Positions 37,201 through 51,500 of a DNA stretch of 64,000 nucleotides are shown one piece after another. The notes below the pieces were generated by a model. The model was given only the letters and a program-made list of their open reading frames with translations. It made no database searches and was not told the DNA's origin. This DNA comes from Octopus vulgaris (taxonomy: Eukaryota): contig OX597814.1 in NCBI GenBank assembly GCA_951406725.2, positions 20,398,001 to 20,462,000 on the forward strand. Reading direction: 5' to 3'. Each line of letters starts with the position of its first letter. The first letter of the stretch is position 1. A program made the position numbers and the translations under genes.

Positions 37201-39668
37201 CTCCTAGGGGCAGTCTGTCTTGAATTCCTCTGTTATTGCTTGGAGGACTATGATGAATAGGAGGGGGCTGAAGACAGATCCTTGGTGAACCCCTACTTCT
37301 ACCCCGAATTCTTTGCTATATTCGTTGGCAACCCTCACCTTACTGACAGCATCCCTATACATGGCTCGTACAGCTCTCACCAACCACTCATCTATCCCTA
37401 GTTTCTGCATTAACCACCAGATTAGGGATTGGGGGACCCTGTTAAAGGCTTTCTCCTTGTCAACAAAAGCCAAGTACAGAAATTTATCTTTGGCTAGGTA
37501 TTTCTCCTGCAGCTGTCTTACCAGAAATATAGCATCAATGGTGTTTCTTCCTGGCACAAACCCAAACTGCATCTCATCTAAACTAACTCTCTCCCTCTAT
37601 GACCCTCTCCATAACTTTCATCACCTGATCCAACAGTTTGATACCTCTGTAATTATTTCTAAGGCGTCACCTTTACCTTTGTAGCAATTGACTACAGTGT
37701 TGCTACGCCAGTCATTATGTATGACTCTTTTGTGTATCACCTGCTTAACTATATGGGTGACTTGGCTATAACCTACATATAAAGGGGGAAAAAGTATCAT
37801 ATTATTGGATACATATTTCTACATTTATTTTTCAGTTGCATGATCTCAGAAAAAAGTTAAATTTTGAAAAAGAAAACATGTTCACATATATTTTACTAAG
37901 TCACTTAAGAATAGCAAATCAGTATAATTGTCAGAGCATCAAAGGTTATGCCTTACTGTTCGTTCTAGCTTTTTGAGTTCTGAGTTTTTTTAGTTTGACA
38001 GGTAGACTTAATCTATCACTACTACCTGGTCTTTGGGTGCTTGGGTTTACTCAGTTATAAGCATTCAGACAAGGTCTCTTGGTTAAAGACAATTTTCTCT
38101 CTTCCTCCCACAAATGTCAAATAAACTGAAAAATAAAGGGTTGTTGATGCTGCTCCCAAAATAAATGGTAAAAACCAAATAGGTAGTGACATAATGTGAC
38201 GGTCTACTGGTTTTTGTTCTGGGCAAAGCATTAAACTGCAGTGGTGAGGAGGCTCTGACTTAGGAGTTCAAGTGTTTGGAGTAATAGGGAGTTATTAGTC
38301 ACCACTACTCCCAGGTCTCTCAAGTCCGAGGTAGTAGTAGTTTTTAAGGTCCCCAGTTATGGGACAAATAGCAGAAAACAGTCTTGTGGTTAAGGCATAC
38401 AAGGATTGGAGAAGGGCTGGCCTTAGATGTGTAACACAGGCCACCAATATGTGTACATTCCCTGATATACCATGAGTAAACTTAAATTAACCAACAGAAG
38501 CCAATTACTGTAGCTTTCCCAAGAAAAATCATGAATCTTCAGACTTTGGTACCGAAATCCATAATTGTCAATACCTGTAAAACAGACATGCTACATGGAG
38601 AGAGAGAGGGAGGGAAGGAGGGAGGGAGGAGAGAGTGTGGTTTACAACTGTTTTGCTGCTGAAGGACAATTGTCCCTCTATACTTCTTTCTGTTTTATGC
38701 TAACTAACCCCAGTTTAATTCTGACTGAGCAAACCTATTTCCAAAGACATTTCAGTCAGCACCGTTTCTTTTTATAGGTACTATATATACAATCCTTTTA
38801 CAGGATGATAAGTGTGATGTGAGGGAGATTGAGTATCTGTTTCTAGCAGGTCAAGATACTATGTAGAGATTTCATCATCACCTGTGTAATTTTTATAGGA
38901 CTGAGAAGATATTGATAAAGAAATGGAAATTTTACCACAGTTGGTCAAATGCTGAAGAATATTTGAATTTACAACATGGGATATGATGAGAATGATAATA
39001 AATGAGCAGGATAGAAAAGACTACAGCAGCACTGTCAGCACATAAGTGTTTGCCATAAATGTTTTTAATATTAGCTGATCATAATTCATTAACAGCATCA
39101 GAAATAGATGGTATAAATTTAAACTTTTAGGATTAATTATGGTAAATATATTTAATTTTTGGAAATATTCTGATTGATAAAGATATCACAGATTTTTGTG
39201 TGACGTTATTTTATACACAAATTTACATTTTCAGAAAAGCTTTGGCATAAGAAAAACAAATAGTAACTGCATTCCATTGCTCATGACGATGAGGGTTCCA
39301 GCTGATCCGATCAGTGGAACAGCCTGCTTGTGAAATTAATGTGCAAGTGGCTAAACTCCACAGACATATGTGCCCTTAACATAATTCTCAGGGAGACTCA
39401 GATGACACAGAATGTGAAAAGGCTGGCCTTTTGAAATACAGATACTACTCATTTTTGCTAGCTGACTGAACTGGAGCAACGTGGAATAAAATGTCTTGCT
39501 CAAGGATACAACGTGCTGCCAGGAATTGAACTTGCAACCTTACGATCATGAGCCAAATACTCTAACCACTAAGCCACATGCCTTAAAAAAAGTGTGTGTG
39601 TATATATATATATATATATATCATCATCATCGTCATTTAATATCTGCCTTCCATGCTGACATGAGTGG

Positions 39669-39706
<38 letters not shown>

Positions 39707-42700
39707 TTATCATCATTTAACATTCACTGATGATTCATGTATGTATACACACATTTACACAATGGAAAATTCACATACAGTACTCCAAATTTCCTGGCAA
39801 GTCATGGATATGAAGTTGTGTTCTATTGACAGTCAGTGGTCACCAGCAATTGTGTAAAGTCTCTATTCAACAGCTGACAAACAGTGTCACACGCATTGTT
39901 TACTCATCATCAGTCAAGCAATTCATACCCATGGTTTACTATGAAACTTGGAATACTGTATGTGAACCTTCTATGATTGTATAATATATGAAAAGTATTC
40001 CCTTATTTCAATAATATTGATGTCTGCTTCTTTTCTTGTTATACACTTGATTGTTAGTTATATGTAAAACGTTTTTGTTTGCAGAATTAAGTAATTTCTT
40101 ATTTATTTTAAACTAATTTGGTACATTTATTTTTTCTATATTTTCAGCAATATTTGAATTCAATACTGGAATATCCTTTGCTGGCTTCCAGCTTGATTGT
40201 CAAACGTTTCCTCAATGCAAAAAGTTACTCTGATAATCTACGAGGTAAGCACCTAGTTGCAACATAAAATTGGTGCATGTTGGAAGTATAATGTTTTTGC
40301 TGTTTGTTTGTCTTATGTAGATCAACTGAGGATTCATAATGGCCAAATAGGTACAATACTGTTGTTTAAACCCACATCAGCCTTGACTGAGTAGACCTGT
40401 AATCAAAAGCATTCCAGCATGACTACTTCATCTTTCTCTTAAGCATTGTACATTTAGACCTGTGTTATTCAGTGCCTCTCTCTCTTTTTATGATGGTACA
40501 GTGTAATTGGAATGTAACTTGACTGTTATTTTTAGCAGGATATACAATGATGCAAAGGTTCCCTCACTAGCTTATGGGCAAGATATCAATCATTTCTGTG
40601 GAGAGACACAAAATTTCATCCGTAAAAGCTTAAGTATATATGTTTCATTTACCTGTCTGCAAATTAACAAATGAGACAGAACAGCTTTAACGATGGTGCA
40701 TGGAACAAAGTAGAAACTGATGTTGTAATAGAACAATCCATTTCACTCCTCTGTAGCAGATGTATCTCATCTGGCAACTCAAGCTGGGTTGTATATAAGT
40801 GCACCATTATACATTTTGGCAGGAAAACACTGCAGTTTACCCACTCTCTCCATAACGTGTGTCAAAAATCATCAAAAAGGCCAAAAGTGTCTTAGCATCA
40901 CTCTGTAAGATCTTTGTTACGGACTCATTGGCTAATTATTTATGTTATTGTATGCCCACACAGTTTATATCTACAATCTAGAACCTGCACCTTATTCAGA
41001 ATATTGATTTACTAGAAGCTGTCTGAAGACATGTACCTCAACAAATACCCTCTGTCTTTGGTATCTTGCTTTCTCTGAGGATCACTACACTAAAGCTTCC
41101 ACATTATACTCTGTTTTCCAGCAAAGCTATGGCCACCTTCTTGATTCAATATCTCTATCACCTATGGATATGCTTATAAAAATCAAAAAGCAGTGCAGCA
41201 CCCTTGACTTTCAGAGAGATTTATTTCATACTCAGAATTGTCCAAACATAGAATAAACTCCTGGCATCTGTTAACTGCCAGGACACTTTATCCATGTTTT
41301 CCAAAAATTGCTTATAGCACTCTCGATTCACTTTTGGCTGATATTGCTGTCTTTTTTACTTGATTTATTCCTACTTTCTTTTCCCTTGTTTACTCTCTTT
41401 TGACAATTTGCAGTGCACATGAGCACTGTATACAACAAACTTACAACTGTACATATATATATATATTTATATACATATGTTTATTTTTAGAGACTGCCTT
41501 ACAACATGTTTCTATGATTTTCCGATCTGAACCAAAATGGGAAGTAGTGGAACCTCTGCACAATCTTGGTGAGTTTTTTTTTTTCCCTCCCTTTTTTTAT
41601 TTCAGAAGATAATAGGAAATCTTTTTTAGCTTGTGTACACCACCATTCCTGTCTGTAATGATCAATAACATAAATTAATTGGATAGCTTTCTGAAGGCTA
41701 TTTCATTAATGCTGAAAAAGTAATAACCTGTTTTGAGCTAATTTGACTGAAACAAAGAACATATGAAGTACAACTAATAATGCTTAATTTCACAACATAC
41801 AAAAGTTAATATTACTGTACTATAAATGATTTTAGTCTTGTATATTTATTTATTTATTTATTTCAGGTGGGTTTTTTTTCTTTTTTTTTTTACTACTTCC
41901 TCTGAAATTATTTAGGAAGTTACTTTTTCTATGATATATTTTGACTGTTTTGTTAAATCTTCACAATGTTCTGGCTGTAAATTACAAATTCCTATAGTAC
42001 AGGTATTATCAAAAATACTAACAGGAGAAAAATATTTCCTATTGAATTTTGTTTATTGCTTGTTTGGATTCTATATCCACTTAATCATTGATATATAATT
42101 TATCACTTCTCTTTAGTTTCTGATTGTTATTTATATATTCAAGCCTACACAATACATATTTAATGTAATTGATGTATATTTTAGTTCCATTTAAGAGATA
42201 TTATGCTGAATTTTTTACTAAACTTGATTTATTCTGTGATGAATGCAATACTCCTTACTTAATAATAATGTCCACACAAATAGAAAAGACATCAAAGTTA
42301 TTAACAAAACTACTTCTGTTACCATTGACTACATATTTAACATTCATTATACTGCAACAATGCTAAATTCTATTTCTTTTTCCTATAAAAAATATTAAAC
42401 TAAACCAAAACAAATCCCAGCTTCCTGTACTTCTTTTTCTAAAAGTCATAGATAGTTTCTGTTATCTAGGTGACCTAATTAGTAGAGGAAGAGGATACTT
42501 CAAAAGTATAGTTGCTGGAATAAGAATTGGCTGGAGAAAATTCAGAGAACTTTTACCTCTGTTGGTAACAAAAGGCCTTTCTCTTAGAATGAAAGGCAGA
42601 TTGTAAGATGCTTATGTACAAACAGCAATGTTACATGTTTGTTAAACTTGGGCTGTGAATGCAGAGGACATACAAAGACTAGAAAGAAATGAAGCTATTA

Positions 42701-43592
42701 TATTCTAATGGATGCGCATGTACAACAAAGTACAAATGCGCTGAGAGAAAAATTGGGCATAAGAGAGATCATATGTGGTGTGCAGGAGAGAATACTGCAC
42801 TAGTATGGTCGTGTGATGCAGATGGATGAGGACAGCTGTATAAAGAGTTGCTGATTGCTAAACACGGAAGGAATATGAAGAAGAGGAAGACCAAGGTAGA
42901 TGTTGAGCATCTCAGAGTCGGTGATGGGGGACCAAGATGAATGGTGATATGCTGTGCTTGAGAAGATCCTTCAATTTCCTCTGTATCCAAATCATTTCCT
43001 CTCTCTAATCATTTGTCACACTATCTTCACTCAGTGCACTTACCTACACATCCATCTTTTCTGCTCTTCTATCCTGTTCTGTCTTGTGTTCACGTTGCAC
43101 CCAGATCTCATAGCTCTCTCTCTCTCTCTCCCTCCCCTAGTGGGCAAGACATGTATTCACTTCTTCTGCAAGGCACCTGCTCCTTGTCCTTATGTCATAG
43201 TTTCTTATCCCTCCATTCTGTATCCCACTCAGTTGAGGGGGTCTTATTTTGTGGGTACTTGGCTACCTCATTAGTGCTGATACTACATAAAGAGCACCCA
43301 GTACACTCTGTTAAGTGGTTGCCATTAAGAAGGGCATCCAGCTGTAGAAACCATACAAAAGCAGACATAGAATCTGCTGTAGCCCTCTGGCATTTCTATT
43401 TCTGTCAAGCTGTCCAACTCATGCCAGCATGGAAAAGGGAGCATTAAATGAAGATGATGGTAATGATGCGTGCCTCTCTTTGAAATCAGACAAGAAATAT
43501 TGGTAGTAATTATCTTTCAAGTTAAGAACTGTGCCCTTTATTTATTGCCAGTTTTTATTTCATATTCAGTAGCAAGCTTTCCTCCCCATTCT

Positions 43593-43627
<35 letters not shown>

Positions 43628-46600
43628 TTTTTGCAAAACTTTGAAGTCTTTCCGCGTTTTCTCTATCTCTTTAAAGGTTGGCGATTACGGAAACATTATA
43701 TTGTAGTGAAACCTTATGAAAATCCAAAAGAAAGACAGTTATTGTCATGGGTATGTAAACTATTTCATTTATGTTGTTATACATATGTAGATTATTTGAT
43801 TGATGTTGTTATGAGTTTCTACAACATTTTGTTGATGTTGTTGTGGGTATACAGACTTTCATTTATGTTATGAAGACATAAACTACTTCACTATGCGTAT
43901 AAATTATTTCCTGAATATTAGCAAAAGATTAAATTGAACTATTCAAATGATGATCCACTAATAATTATGTCACAGTGATTTCAGTATATTCTTAGTCTCA
44001 TTCATTCTTTATTCATTTTAGTTGCAACGAATGTTTAGTGGCTGACAAATATAATTCTGGAAAGAAGCAACGAATTATATTGCTTAGTGGGATAGCATTT
44101 TTAGTTGGGTAAAATATTTTTATAAGATTTAAAGAAAAGTTAGCAAGTGTCAAGGAGCTGAGGCATACATAAAGGAAAAGGTTGTTAACATATTACTGTT
44201 TACATACCAGCTAGTTTTATTGGTTTTAATCTCTTATATCCTATTTAATATGTGTTTTGTCTCTGTTGTAGAATGATTATGGACCTTTTAAGTTTTTACC
44301 CGCAAAAGAATTAATGGCTGTGATAAAGCTGCTTCCAAATCTGCAGGTAAGTTAATTTCAAAATATTCCTCAATTCATATGAATATGTATTTGAAAAGCT
44401 GTCCAACTAATAACAACAGTGGAAAGGTAATATTGAAATGTTAAAAAATAAATTATAATATTCTGTAAATCATGCAGTTAGATGTTTTGTAGAAAAGAGA
44501 AGCACCTATTTTAATCTTAACATGTACCATGCAAGTCACATTAAAGGAACTTACAGGCACATTTTGCAAAACCATTTGCAGGATCATTATAAAGGCCAGA
44601 TGACAAGGATATCATGTAACAGGTGGGGTTTCACATTCATGAGGGGAAATATTAGGATGGATACAGTTGTAAGTAGTGAAGATATGGACATTGTTCAAGA
44701 ATAAAGAATTCATAATGTTTCTGTGGCTTGGCGAGAAAATTCAAATGATCACAAAGAACACAAAATCTATTGTGTATACAAGCATACATACAAAACACAC
44801 GTGTACATGTGTGACTGACTACAAATACGTAGAGCTGAACATGGCATGCAGAAAGTAAATAAATAAATAAAAAGTTTTTGGACGCCCCATCTTCAATTGC
44901 AAAATTCTAATATGGTATTTGTGTAATAATGAAATCAAGCTTGGAGTGTGTGTGTGTGTGTGTGTGTATGTTGTGTTTATATTAGAGAGACAGTATGTGT
45001 GTGAGAGAGAGAAAGAGAGATGGGGGGGGGAGAACATTGCAAACAATGAATGAAATAAACATGAAATGAAGAAATCATATAAATAAAAGCTCATTAAAGA
45101 ATATCTTGTACCAAATATTTATATTTATGAACTTAGTAAATATTTCTTTCAGTAATTTATCGTAGTTGTTTGCAAATAGTGAATTAAAACTTGAAATGAA
45201 AACATTAAAATAGAGAATGAAAGATTTTGCAAATGAAAGCGGAAAATTTCGCTGTTGCTACATCAATAGCAGAAGATGGCATTGAGAAACCTTTTTAAAG
45301 AAGTGAATCATATATATAAAGCAATGTTTAAACTGAAGACCCTATTATGTATCCAAGGTCAAATTATTCATGCATCTCGAGTATGGAAGCAGTTCATGCA
45401 GCTGTTTTTGCATGAAAAGCGAATACGCACACACACAGGTCTATTTTATATAAGATATAAATAAATGGCACTCCGTTGCTTATGACGACAAGGTTTCCAG
45501 TTGATCCGATCAACGGAACAGCCTGCTCGTGAAATTAACATGCAAGTGGCTGAGCACTCTACAGACACGTGCCCTTAACGTAGTTCTCGGGGATATTCAG
45601 CTTGACACAGAGTGTGACAAGGCTGGCCCTTTGAAATACAGGCACAACAGAAATAGGATGTAAGAGTGAGAGAAAGTTGTGGTAAAAAGTACAGCAGGGT
45701 CGCCACCATCCCCTGCCGGAACCTCATGGAGCTTTAGGTGTTTTTTGCTCAATAAACACTCACTACGCCTGATCTGGGAATCGAAACAGCAATCCTGTGA
45801 CCGCAAGTCCGCTGCCCTAACCACTGGGCCATTGCGCCTCCACATAAGATATGTATACACACACACATATACACACTTGCATGCATGCAAATAGATAAAT
45901 TGTATAGTGTGTAGATGGGTGTTCCTAAGGGTTATCCCACTGCAAACCATATATTAATTTTCAAGATGGTGCAGGGGCCTGATCAGCAAATGAACGATGT
46001 GTTAAGGGGAAAGAGTAGTCAATAAGTCAAAACAAGTGAAGGTTAGATATCAAAGAAAGGTGGTCATAGAGATGTATTCTCAGAGAGGTTTATTGAAGAA
46101 CGAGATATATTTACTGAATTAAATGAGGAAAATCAGCAAAGATAAATTGTAATATCACTTTATAAACAAGTGTTTGAAATAGTGCACCTGAGATAATGGG
46201 AAGAAAAACTTGAAGTATTGTTGCAACAGGTGTCTGTAGAAGGTGTGTGAATTTGTTAGAGAAAGCCTTCTCTAATGAAATCAATTGAGGGGATAGCTGT
46301 TGATTAGAAGTAGGTGATAATAAGTAAAACAATTGAAAACATTGACAGAGAAAGCTACAAGGTGTTTAGATATCATTATAGACACGGAAAATATCGGGCT
46401 ATGTCAGAGATGCATTAATTTTTTAGCTAGTCACATTGTGCCAACCCCACCTCTTGATAAGTAGTATAGGAAGACCATTGTCAACAGCTCTGAAAATATA
46501 GCAAATGCATTACAAAATCTACCAAAAAACTGCTGAAGAAATTTGTTGAATCAGGTGTCTGTACAACTGAATGTCTTGCTCCCTTTATCATATGTAGGTT

Positions 46601-48489
46601 GACTGAGAGAAATATAGAATGACTATTATGCTAAGTTCAACTAATGAACTCAACAGTGATCTGGTATTTAAAATTTACAGCCACTCAACTATATACCTAG
46701 AATTGTGAAGGAAATAATTTTCTCTTTCTTTTATAGCATCCATTTATAGCTCCTATGGAGTTTGCTGTTGCTAATGAAAATGGTGGAATGGTGATACGGA
46801 GCTTTTATGAACATGGTACTCTTCGTGACTACATTTGCAAGTGTAAACCTAAGCAAGCACACTTTTTGAAGAAGTATGCCCGACCGAAAACATATTGTGT
46901 TTTAGAAACAAGGGAAATTCAAAGATATGGAAGACAAATTCTTGAAGTTTTGAAATTTCTCTATGATAAAGGATTACCATATGGTAAGTTTAAAGAGTTT
47001 AAATGATCGTACTGTTGCAGATTGGTGAAGAACATAGAACTGAAATTGATATACATGATCAGACTGGAGCCTGGTGCAGCCTTCTGGCTTCCCAGATCCC
47101 CGGTCGAACCGTCCAACCCATGCTAGCATGGAGAACGGACGTTAAACGATGATGATGATGATAGGTACAGGCATGGTTGTGTGTAAGAAGTTCAGTCCCA
47201 CTGTGTGGCACCTTCAGTAAGTGCCTTATACTATAGCCTCAGGCCAACTAAAACCTTGTGAGTGTTGAAAGAAGTTCACTGTGTGTGCGTGTGTGTGTGT
47301 GTTTCTCCCCATCATCGCTTGACAACCAGTGCTGGTGTATTTCTGTCCTCATAACTTAGCAGTTCAGCAAAATAAAGAGATAGAATAAATATCAGGCTTA
47401 ATAAATAAGTGCTGGAGTTGATTCATTTGACTAAAATTCTTCAAGGCATTGCCCTAGCATGGCTGCAGTCTAATAACTGAAACTATATATATATATAGGT
47501 GCAAGCATGGCCATGTGGTAAGGAGCTTGCTTCCCAACCACATGGTTCTGGGTTCAGTCCCACTGCATGGGTAAGTGTCTTCTACAGTAGCTTTGTGAGT
47601 GGATTTGGTAGACAGAAACTTGAGATATGCTGAGACTCAGAAAACCTGGCAAATAAAGTGAGTTCACAATTGGTTTGTATCAGGGATCAGTGTTGTCACC
47701 GTTTTTGTTTACAATAGTGGTTGATGTGGTGACGGAGAGTGCAAGAGAGGGTGGTTACTATGGCATTGAGGTAGATCCAGCTACCCCCATTAACGGAGAC
47801 AAAACCCAGATTTAAAACACTGGATGATGATGATGATGATGTATGCCAGCATGGAAAATGGACATTAAATGATGATGTTGATATTTATAAAACACACATT
47901 AAGGACATGCCACTAATATATTTCTATACTTCTACTTTGTTCTTACACTTTTTAAAATTGCTGCACTGTTTATAAACAAAATACATATTTCTTAACTGCC
48001 CACTAGGGACTAAACATAGAGGGGTCAAACAAGGACAGACAAAGAGATCAAGTCGATTACATCGACCCCAGTACAAAACTAGTACTTTATTTATCGACCC
48101 CGAAAGGATGAAAGGCAAAGTCAACCTCGCCTTTCTAAACAAAATATAATGATGGAAGTTTTGAGGCCTATAAAATATCACTGCTGATTTTGCCTTCATG
48201 TGATATCTAGGTTAAATCAATTTGCATTCCTGACTGAACTGTACTAACAAAACTTGACTGTGCAACCCAATAAAATACCTGTCAATTTTATAGTGTTGCT
48301 ATTATTTACAGCAGAGTAATGTATACTTTTGTTATACTTTTAATTTCCTAAATATCTCTTGGCCATGAACTACAGCATGTATGTTTATGATACACTACTT
48401 AAGATGGCCTGAACTCTTTACATGAACACCACCCTGTACTTAACTCCATATCCCCCTACATGGCCTTGCTATTTGCTTTTGAGCCAAAT

Positions 48490-48527
<38 letters not shown>

Positions 48528-51500
48528 GCTTATAACATGGAACCTTTTAACTTGCCACATACACTATTTAGTTTTATGAAGCAAATGTTTTACTTCATAA
48601 TCTTTAGAACTTAGCCTCAGTCTCCATGATGTAGTACGTATCATCTATAAAGGTCTAATGATAATGAAAAAGGGGCTAAAGTAGCATGGAAAAGTTTATT
48701 GGGTCTATAGCAAATTTTTGTAGAAGTTATATCAACATGAAGCATATGGTGGTGTTACAGTAGTATGAAAATTAATGTAGGAACTACACATGTGAACCTG
48801 TATAAGCTAATGAGGAAGGCTTTTATGTGATTACTTGACATTCTAGAAATAGCAGTCAAATCTTCCTCAAATTACTCCTTAGAATCTTATACAAAAAAGG
48901 ACATATTGAATAATATAGTCCTAGATACACTGCTGGTATAAAAAGATGGAATGGTCATAGAGCTGACTTAGCTAAACAACAAACTGTTTGCGACTATAGT
49001 GACTTATTCAGGCTACAGTTGCCTTTGAATGTATAAAACATCTTGGAAGCTAAGTTACTGTATTGTAGGAAAATGCACAGAAGCTGTAGTAATATATGAA
49101 CAATTGTAGTGAGGTAATGGTTATTTAGGAGCGGTAAGGATTTGAAATAATGAAAAGACTATGAGATGAGATCTTGTGTTGTACAATGTTATGGGAATGT
49201 GTGGAATATGTTCATGTTTGGATTGAAATTGTATGATATACATGTGCAATCTTCTAAAATAGGATCATGATTATCTGAAATTGTATTGTATGAGAATATA
49301 GCTGCCCTACTTGATTGGATACTGAAAAATTGGTGGTTTGTATACTGTGTTCATGGGCAAGGTATTTAACTGTTAAATGGCTCAGTCCACCTAGTTGTAT
49401 ATAAGTACCACATATATAGGTACAGCTCATTACTGCATATACTATAAAATCATTTCATTTACATGCTGTACTGAATTCAACTCCTACCAATATTTCTTGA
49501 GGAAGATTAGACTCTGCCAGTTTTACAGTCTCTAAAAAATACTATTCGAAAACGAAATTTTTAGTACTACACCTCTGCTCCATTGAAATTACAAGATACA
49601 AATGGTACAGTGTGCCTATATGTAATCCTAGATTTTATGCATTATGAAGCTCTCTCTTTTTTGAGGAACTTTTGCGTTTTATCCATTTCCACTGTTATTT
49701 ATTTCAGTTTGTTTTAGCAATACTTACACTCTTTAACTTTCTGTTTCTTTTGTAGGTCACTTACATGCTGGTAATATTGTAGTTAACAGGGACACGTGTC
49801 AACTGTTAGACCTTGAAAATTGGATTCTTGGGTTGCCGTCTTATTATAAAAACTTCTTTGTACAGTTTAAGAAACTACAGGTATTAAATGATTAAATTAT
49901 TCCTAAAGTTATTTCCATTTTCCTTATGTTGGCTCCACCTATGTTACAGATGTGTTTGTGTGTGTGTGTTTATTCAAACATTTAATAATTTTAGATATTT
50001 AATCTTCTGTTATTACAAAATAAGCAAATCCTCCATATGTTTCGGTGAGGACTCTTGGCTGATCAAACTGAAGTAGTCATTGAATTATAATATAAATGTC
50101 CGAGTATTCCACAGACGCTGGTGCTTGCGAAGACCTGTTGGACCAAGTGAAATTGTTGTCATGGCCAATGCCAGTGCCATCTGACTGGCACCTGTGCTAG
50201 TGTTGGGCCTCATGGAGGCAGTGATAGGTGACCAAGACATTTGGCGATATACCATGCTTGTGTAGACCTGTCAAGCCAAGTGAGACTGTGGTCATGGCAG
50301 ATGCCAGTATCAGGTCATTGGCACCCGTGCTGGTGGCATGTAAAAACACCCACTACACTCTTGGAATGGTTGGCGTTAGGAAGGTGTAGAAACGTTGCCA
50401 AATCAGATAATCATGATCCTATTTTAGAAGATTGCACATGTATATCATACAATTTCAATCCAAACATGAACATATTCCACACATTCCCATAACATTGTAC
50501 AACACAACCAGGTTCCACTAACCACTAACCAGCTTACCAGTTTTCAGTAAAACCGTCCAACCCATGCAAGCATGGAAAGCAGTCGTTAATTGAAAAAAAA
50601 ATGAATCCTCAGTCAGAATCTTTGTGACACTGTGTGACAAAGCTATCCCTTTGAATTACAGCTGTAGACCAGCCAACAGGCTTCCATAGTTTTTATTTGG
50701 ACAATTCTACTCACAAAGCTTTTGTAAAAGACACTTGTCCAAGGTGCAAAACACCAGGATAGGATCCTGGACCTTATAATTATGGAGCAAACTACTTAAC
50801 CATTAGAACAGGCCTGTACCTCATAAATATATTTACACACACATGCATGCACACATATTTGTATATACAAATATTTAGTATTCTTTTGATATCTCTTGTA
50901 GAAAATGGAATCAATTGAAGTTTATTCATTTGGTCGTTTATTGTATGAAATGGCATTTGGTGAGCAACTTTTGAAAGCAACCTGTGACACATTCCCTCAA
51001 CATTGTCCACCTGACCTACGTTAGTATTTATTGCTTTATTTACTTTATTGGCTATTTGTATTTGAAGCACACCTCCAGTCTAATCCTGACTACTACTCAC
51101 TGTCTCTTAACATGCAAACCACATATCATATTCCTCTGTGACACAAATCTCTCAATCCTTACCTCCTACCCCCTCCTCTACCCACGCTCGTCTTTACTGT
51201 AACTTAACTCTAAAAGGTGGTGTCTGTGTCTTCTCAACACTTGCTTTTCTGAACTGAATTTCAACAACAATATCTATCAGTCACTCAGGCTCAAAATCTT
51301 TCTTCTCCACTATTTTGTATTACCTGTTGTAGCTATTTCTGCCCAAACTCCTCTAACCACTAACAGCTGTTTATTTCTTTCATTTCACCACAAAGGTATT
51401 GTCATTAGTAAACACATCAGCTCCTGGTTCTCACACTAGTACCTCTAGTACAGAGACTGAGTCACGTACTATTCTAAATTGTTCACTAGTTGGACATCTC

